A model generated the notes under the pieces. That model saw nothing but the letters and a program-made list of their open reading frames with translations, ran no database searches and was not told the origin of the DNA. From the NCBI GenBank assembly GCA_040389905.1, contig JAZJZK010000007.1, positions 287,492 through 351,491 of the forward strand: 64,000 bases of DNA, read 5' to 3'. The translations under genes were made by a program, and so were the position numbers. Positions 60,099 to 64,000 of this stretch are shown here, piece by piece. The stretch's first letter is position 1, and every line of letters begins with the position of its first letter. The DNA comes from Gemmatimonadota bacterium (GTDB lineage Bacteria; Gemmatimonadota; Gemmatimonadetes; Gemmatimonadales; Gemmatimonadaceae).

Positions 60099-61028
60099 CT
60101 AGGATTTCCCCCTCGGCGCGAGTAACCACCGCCGTGCGTCGGCTTGCGTCACGTTTCCGCCGCACAGGGGCGACGCCACACGTCCGCCTCTCCATCGGTC
60201 GGGAAACTCGAGCAAAGCCGCGATACCCACCGCACCCGCTGGCTCGACGACCACACCGGTGTGGCCGTGAATGAGACGCATCGCGCGGACGATCGCGTCG
60301 TCACTCACGCTCACGACTTCGTCGACCGTTGCCTTCATGGCCTCGACGGCATAGGCAACTGGCTCGCGAACCGCGATGCCGTCCGCAATCGTACGTGCCG
60401 TATCGGTAGGCAATGGCTCGCGCGCAGCGAATGAGAGTTGCATCGACGGCGCTCCCTGTGCGACGACGCCGATGACGCGTGTGCCTGGCTCAGCGTGGCG
60501 GCACCACGCGCCGATCCCGGTGATCAGCGCACCATTGCCGAGTGGGACCATGATGGTTTCGGGCATGAGGCCGGCCTCACTGAGTTCGAGCGCCATCGTG
60601 CCCGCGCCCTCCGCGATATCGGCGATCGCGCCATCCTCGACATAGTAGTTATCGCTCGACGCCGCGAAGCGTCGCGCCGCGTCCTTTGCGGAATCGAAAT
60701 CATTGCCGAAGAGGCGAACCTCGGCGCCGAATGTGCGCATCGCCTCGACTTTGAGCGGGTTGGCGTCGCGCGCCGCGTATACGACAACGCTCCGGTTCCG
60801 GCGTGTCGCCGCGCGCGCAAGTCCTTGCCCGAAGTTTCCCGCTGACGCGCACACCAGTGTGCGCTGGTCCTTCAACTGCGCGACGAGCAACTCTGTCCCA
60901 CGTCCCTTGAAGGATCGAATGGGATTGAGCGTCTCGACTTTGAGGGTCAACTCCACATCGAGTGCACGGTCGAGCGTCGTTTCCCTGAGCAGCGGACTGC
61001 GCAAGAAGACCGGATCGATGATCGACAT
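60099..61028 (-). CDS. PLP-dependent threonine/serine dehydratase family enzyme
   Basis: RSFKGRG, ASAGNFG, PLGNGAL, TIADGIAV, VEPAGA, CGGN. Confidence 0.88.
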   Translation of the reverse strand: MSIIDPVFLRSPLLRETTLDRALDVELTLKVETLNPIRSFKGRGTELLVAQLKDQRTLVCASAGNFGQGLARAATRRNRSVVVYAARDANPLKVEAMRTFGAEVRLFGNDFDSAKDAARRFAASSDNYYVEDGAIADIAEGAGTMALELSEAGLMPETIMVPLGNGALITGIGAWCRHAEPGTRVIGVVAQGAPSMQLSFAAREPLPTDTARTIADGIAVREPVAYAVEAMKATVDEVVSVSDDAIVRAMRLIHGHTGVVVEPAGAVGIAALLEFPDRWRGGRVASPLCGGNVTQADARRWLLAPRGKS

Positions 61029-61139
61029 CGCGGCGGCGATGTTATCGGGGACTATTGGACGCAGAAGTGCATACGGTGCGAGGTGGGGCTACTTTGAAAT
61101 CAAAGAACACTGTCATGCGTGCGAGGGAGAGCCAAGGGG

Positions 61140-62009
61140 ATGATCATCAGATCGGCTGTCGGGCTCGCTTTGTTCAGTATCGGTTTCGCGGCTGGGACTT
61201 CACCCTGCTTGGCGCAGACGGGGCAAGCGCCGACCGGCGCGATACGCGGATTCGTGCGTGACTCCGGCGGGCAACCGTTGGTGAAGATCGAGGTGGCGGT
61301 CATGCCTCGGGGTCCCTTTGCGTGGACAGACGAGATCGGCCGCTACACTCTGGCGAATGTGCCAGTCGGGGAGCACCGGCTCATCGCGCGCCGCATTGGC
61401 TACTTGCCGGAGCTCAGCGATGTGGCGCTGACGGCGGGCAATGCGGTCGAGGTCGACTTCGTACTTCAACGCGTTCCGCAACTGCTCGCCACGCAGATCG
61501 TGAGCGCGCGGCGCGAGCGATTGCCGCGCGTCTACGAGCGCATCGACAAACATCTGGGCGTTGCGCTCTTCTCCGAAGATCTCGAGAAATATTCAGCAAT
61601 GAACCTCGACGATGTGCTCGACAAATACTCACCGGTGCTGCGCAGCGTGCTGCAAGCGCCGCGGGGCTGCGGCAAGGAGGCGTTCTACGTCGATGGACAC
61701 CACCAGCCGCCGGCGTTTTGGCTCAAGTCAGATCCTCCGCCGACGATCGGAGATTTCGTGCGGGTGGCTGATATCGCCGTCATCGAAGCGTTCAAATCGC
61801 CCGACTTCATCAACGAGCCGTTCATCGGCGACGACGGAGCGCTCTCCAGCGGTTCAGCTCCCGCGCGCGCCAACCTGGGATCGACGAGCGCGGTGCGCGG
61901 AGGAAGCCCTCTGGCGAATGCCAAGGTCTCCGTGGGCGGATGTCAGCGCGTCGTCCTCATCTGGACGAAGTACTACCTCTCGCAACGGCCACGGGCAATC
62001 GAACAATGA
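61140..62009 (+). CDS. Exported carboxypeptidase-regulatory-like + plug-like protein
   Basis: Signal peptide; IRGFVRDSGG..TDEIGRY; C-terminal FYVDG..IAVIE..VVLIWTK as in 43367-45931. Confidence 0.8.
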   Translation: MIIRSAVGLALFSIGFAAGTSPCLAQTGQAPTGAIRGFVRDSGGQPLVKIEVAVMPRGPFAWTDEIGRYTLANVPVGEHRLIARRIGYLPELSDVALTAGNAVEVDFVLQRVPQLLATQIVSARRERLPRVYERIDKHLGVALFSEDLEKYSAMNLDDVLDKYSPVLRSVLQAPRGCGKEAFYVDGHHQPPAFWLKSDPPPTIGDFVRVADIAVIEAFKSPDFINEPFIGDDGALSSGSAPARANLGSTSAVRGGSPLANAKVSVGGCQRVVLIWTKYYLSQRPRAIEQ

Positions 62010-62138
62010 GGCCTCCTGTGAGTGTCACGTTTGCACGCGCCAGCGATCGAGAGGTAAACCAAACAGGATCGTCATGAAATCCTAATGGTCGGATGCCGGG
62101 ACACTCCTATCTTGGCGCGACCTTTACCGATCCTTCCG

Positions 62139-64000
62139 ATGCAAGCGTGCAGGCAGTCCAACCGGCGTGGCACAGTGCAATCAGTGCTCTGCCTCTTGAT
62201 GGCTTCGGGAGCATTACAGCTGGCACGCGCTCAGCGGCCCGCGCTCATTCACGGCCGGGTGATCGGCCCAGACAGTGCGGCGGTCCCGAACGCGACGATC
62301 ACGATTTCGTCGCGTCCTGACAGCACGACACGGGTCACCCGGACAGACGCCAAGGGAACGTTCTCGGTGACCGTCGAGAACGGCGGCAGTGCCTTTCTTG
62401 TAATCGTGAACATGCTCGGCTACGCACCGCAGCGGCGCACGGTCACCCCGGTCGGTGCCGAACCGCTGCCAAGCGTGGATTTCAAGCTCATTGCATCAGT
62501 TGCCCAACTCGGCGCTGTGCGAACGGTGGGGGAGCGGCCGAAGCCGCCCCGGTCCGAGGCAAGCGCCGGCTTCACGCCTGGCGCGTCGGCGACAATCATG
62601 GATGCGATGCGTGGATTGGGTGGCGACCTGACGGGTGACCTCTCAGCAGGGCTCGCGCTCATGCCGGGCATCACCGTTGTCCCGAGTGCGACTGGAGGGT
62701 TGCCGACCGTTTCCGCCTACGGTCAGGGAGCGGATCAGAACAACGTCGTCCTGAATGGACTTGGATTCGGCGCCACGCCCCCGCGCGACGGCTTCGCCTT
62801 GAGTGCGTTATCGTCGACGTACGATCCGGCGCGCGGCGGATTCGCGGGCGTGCAGCTTTCCTTGCGGATGAATCAGGGTGGAAACTACTCGTCGCGCCTC
62901 GTTCGCGGGACGCTCGACGCACCTTCGATGCAATGGACAACGCCACTCTCGTCGCGGTTCGGCACGCAATACGACCAGCGCATCGTCAGCGGCACGCTGA
63001 GCGGCCCGGTGGTGATGGACAAGGCGTTCTACGCCATCGCGTGGCAGGTCAACCGGCGAACCAGCGGGCTCCCCACCCTGTTGTCCATGTCACCGGCATC
63101 GCTGGCCGCGCTCCAGATCAGCCCCGATTCGGTGTCGCGCCTGCTCGCGTCGATGGGTGCAGTGGGTATTCCAACCGTCGTAACGGGTATGCCGTCCTCG
63201 CGCGCCAATAACGAAGGGCGCATCGCCGTGCGTTTCGACTACACCCCCAAACCCGCGGCGCCGCAACCCGGTGTCATCTCGGTCCAGGGTGTCCCGAATG
63301 TGTCGGACGACTACTACCTGCAGGTTGGAGGGAGTTGGCGATCCAACGACGGATCAGGCATTGGACCGACATCGATCGCCACGACCGGAACGCGGCAAAC
63401 GCACCGCGACATGTGGATGCAGGCGACGTCGGCCACCTATCTGCCACTCGGGTTTCTCAATGAAGCCACCGCAGGTTTCTCCGCCAGCGCGGACCGCGGG
63501 GACCCCTATCTCGCGACTCCAACGGCCCGCGTGCTCCTCAACTCGCAGCTACCCGACGGCACAACGGGTATCACGTCGCTGCAACTCGCTGGATCGAGCG
63601 CGGGCAGCAACGCCTCGAGCACGTGGAACGCGGAGGTGCGCGATCAGCTGACGCGATTCACGTGGGACCGACGGCACCAGATGACACTCACACTCAACAG
63701 CACAATCGACCACTTCGACATCGACCAATCGGCGGGCCTCGGCAGCTTTGCCTACAGTTCGCTTGCCGATTTCCTGAGTGGTGCTCCGGCAAGCTATTCG
63801 CGGACGATCACCGGCCGTCGTTCCACGGGATCCGGCATGACGGGCGCGATCGGCCTTGGAGACATCTACAACCCGACGCCCAATCTCCGCACGCAGTTCG
63901 GTGTGCGGATGGAGGGCAACCACCTCGGCGTATCACCGACGTGGAATCCGGCGATCGACTCGCTGTTCGGGCGCCGCACGGATCATGTGCCGAGTACGTT
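62139..64000 (+). CDS. Third Oar-like outer-membrane protein, 3' truncated by window edge
   Basis: Not in ORF track (no stop); hand translation gives signal peptide, IHGRVIG, GDLTGDL, NNVVLNG, YDPARGGFAG, SGPVVMDKAFY. Confidence 0.8.
   Translation, partial: MQACRQSNRRGTVQSVLCLLMASGALQLARAQRPALIHGRVIGPDSAAVPNATITISSRPDSTTRVTRTDAKGTFSVTVENGGSAFLVIVNMLGYAPQRRTVTPVGAEPLPSVDFKLIASVAQLGAVRTVGERPKPPRSEASAGFTPGASATIMDAMRGLGGDLTGDLSAGLALMPGITVVPSATGGLPTVSAYGQGADQNNVVLNGLGFGATPPRDGFALSALSSTYDPARGGFAGVQLSLRMNQGGNYSSRLVRGTLDAPSMQWTTPLSSRFGTQYDQRIVSGTLSGPVVMDKAFYAIAWQVNRRTSGLPTLLSMSPASLAALQISPDSVSRLLASMGAVGIPTVVTGMPSSRANNEGRIAVRFDYTPKPAAPQPGVISVQGVPNVSDDYYLQVGGSWRSNDGSGIGPTSIATTGTRQTHRDMWMQATSATYLPLGFLNEATAGFSASADRGDPYLATPTARVLLNSQLPDGTTGITSLQLAGSSAGSNASSTWNAEVRDQLTRFTWDRRHQMTLTLNSTIDHFDIDQSAGLGSFAYSSLADFLSGAPASYSRTITGRRSTGSGMTGAIGLGDIYNPTPNLRTQFGVRMEGNHLGVSPTWNPAIDSLFGRRTDHVPST

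Noticed and set aside
1..64000. tRNA, rRNA, transposase, integrase or intact prophage
   Set aside because: None recognisable by eye; a covariance-model search was not possible.

Overview
High-GC, gene-dense bacterial chromosomal window. The gene style (many exported carboxypeptidase-regulatory-like and Oar-like outer-membrane proteins, PEP-CTERM proteins, an ECF sigma/HEAT-repeat operon) suggests Gemmatimonadota; this is an inference, not a database result. I found about 55 plausible CDSs and no rRNA, tRNA, CRISPR array, integrase or transposase. Best signal: a MerB (organomercurial lyase)-like gene at 31781-32464, split by the ORF track, has an in-frame TGA where the second catalytic Cys is expected, followed by an fdhF-like SECIS hairpin. 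It is a probable selenoprotein outside any mer operon, next to an SPL-like radical SAM gene with a LexA-like box. Other notable items: (1) a palindromic element whose ends are amplified outward into two different tandem arrays (22836-23248); (2) three Oar-like barrel paralogs, the two complete ones with a C-terminal LTxxQ-like helical tail; (3) a pseudokinase-kinase tandem protein; (4) a stand-alone LarE C-terminal-like protein; (5) several REP-like hairpin families; (6) recurrent leaderless gene starts; (7) an amber-interrupted hydrolase, a frameshifted ATP-grasp gene and a HigB relic. Product calls come from motif recognition by eye.
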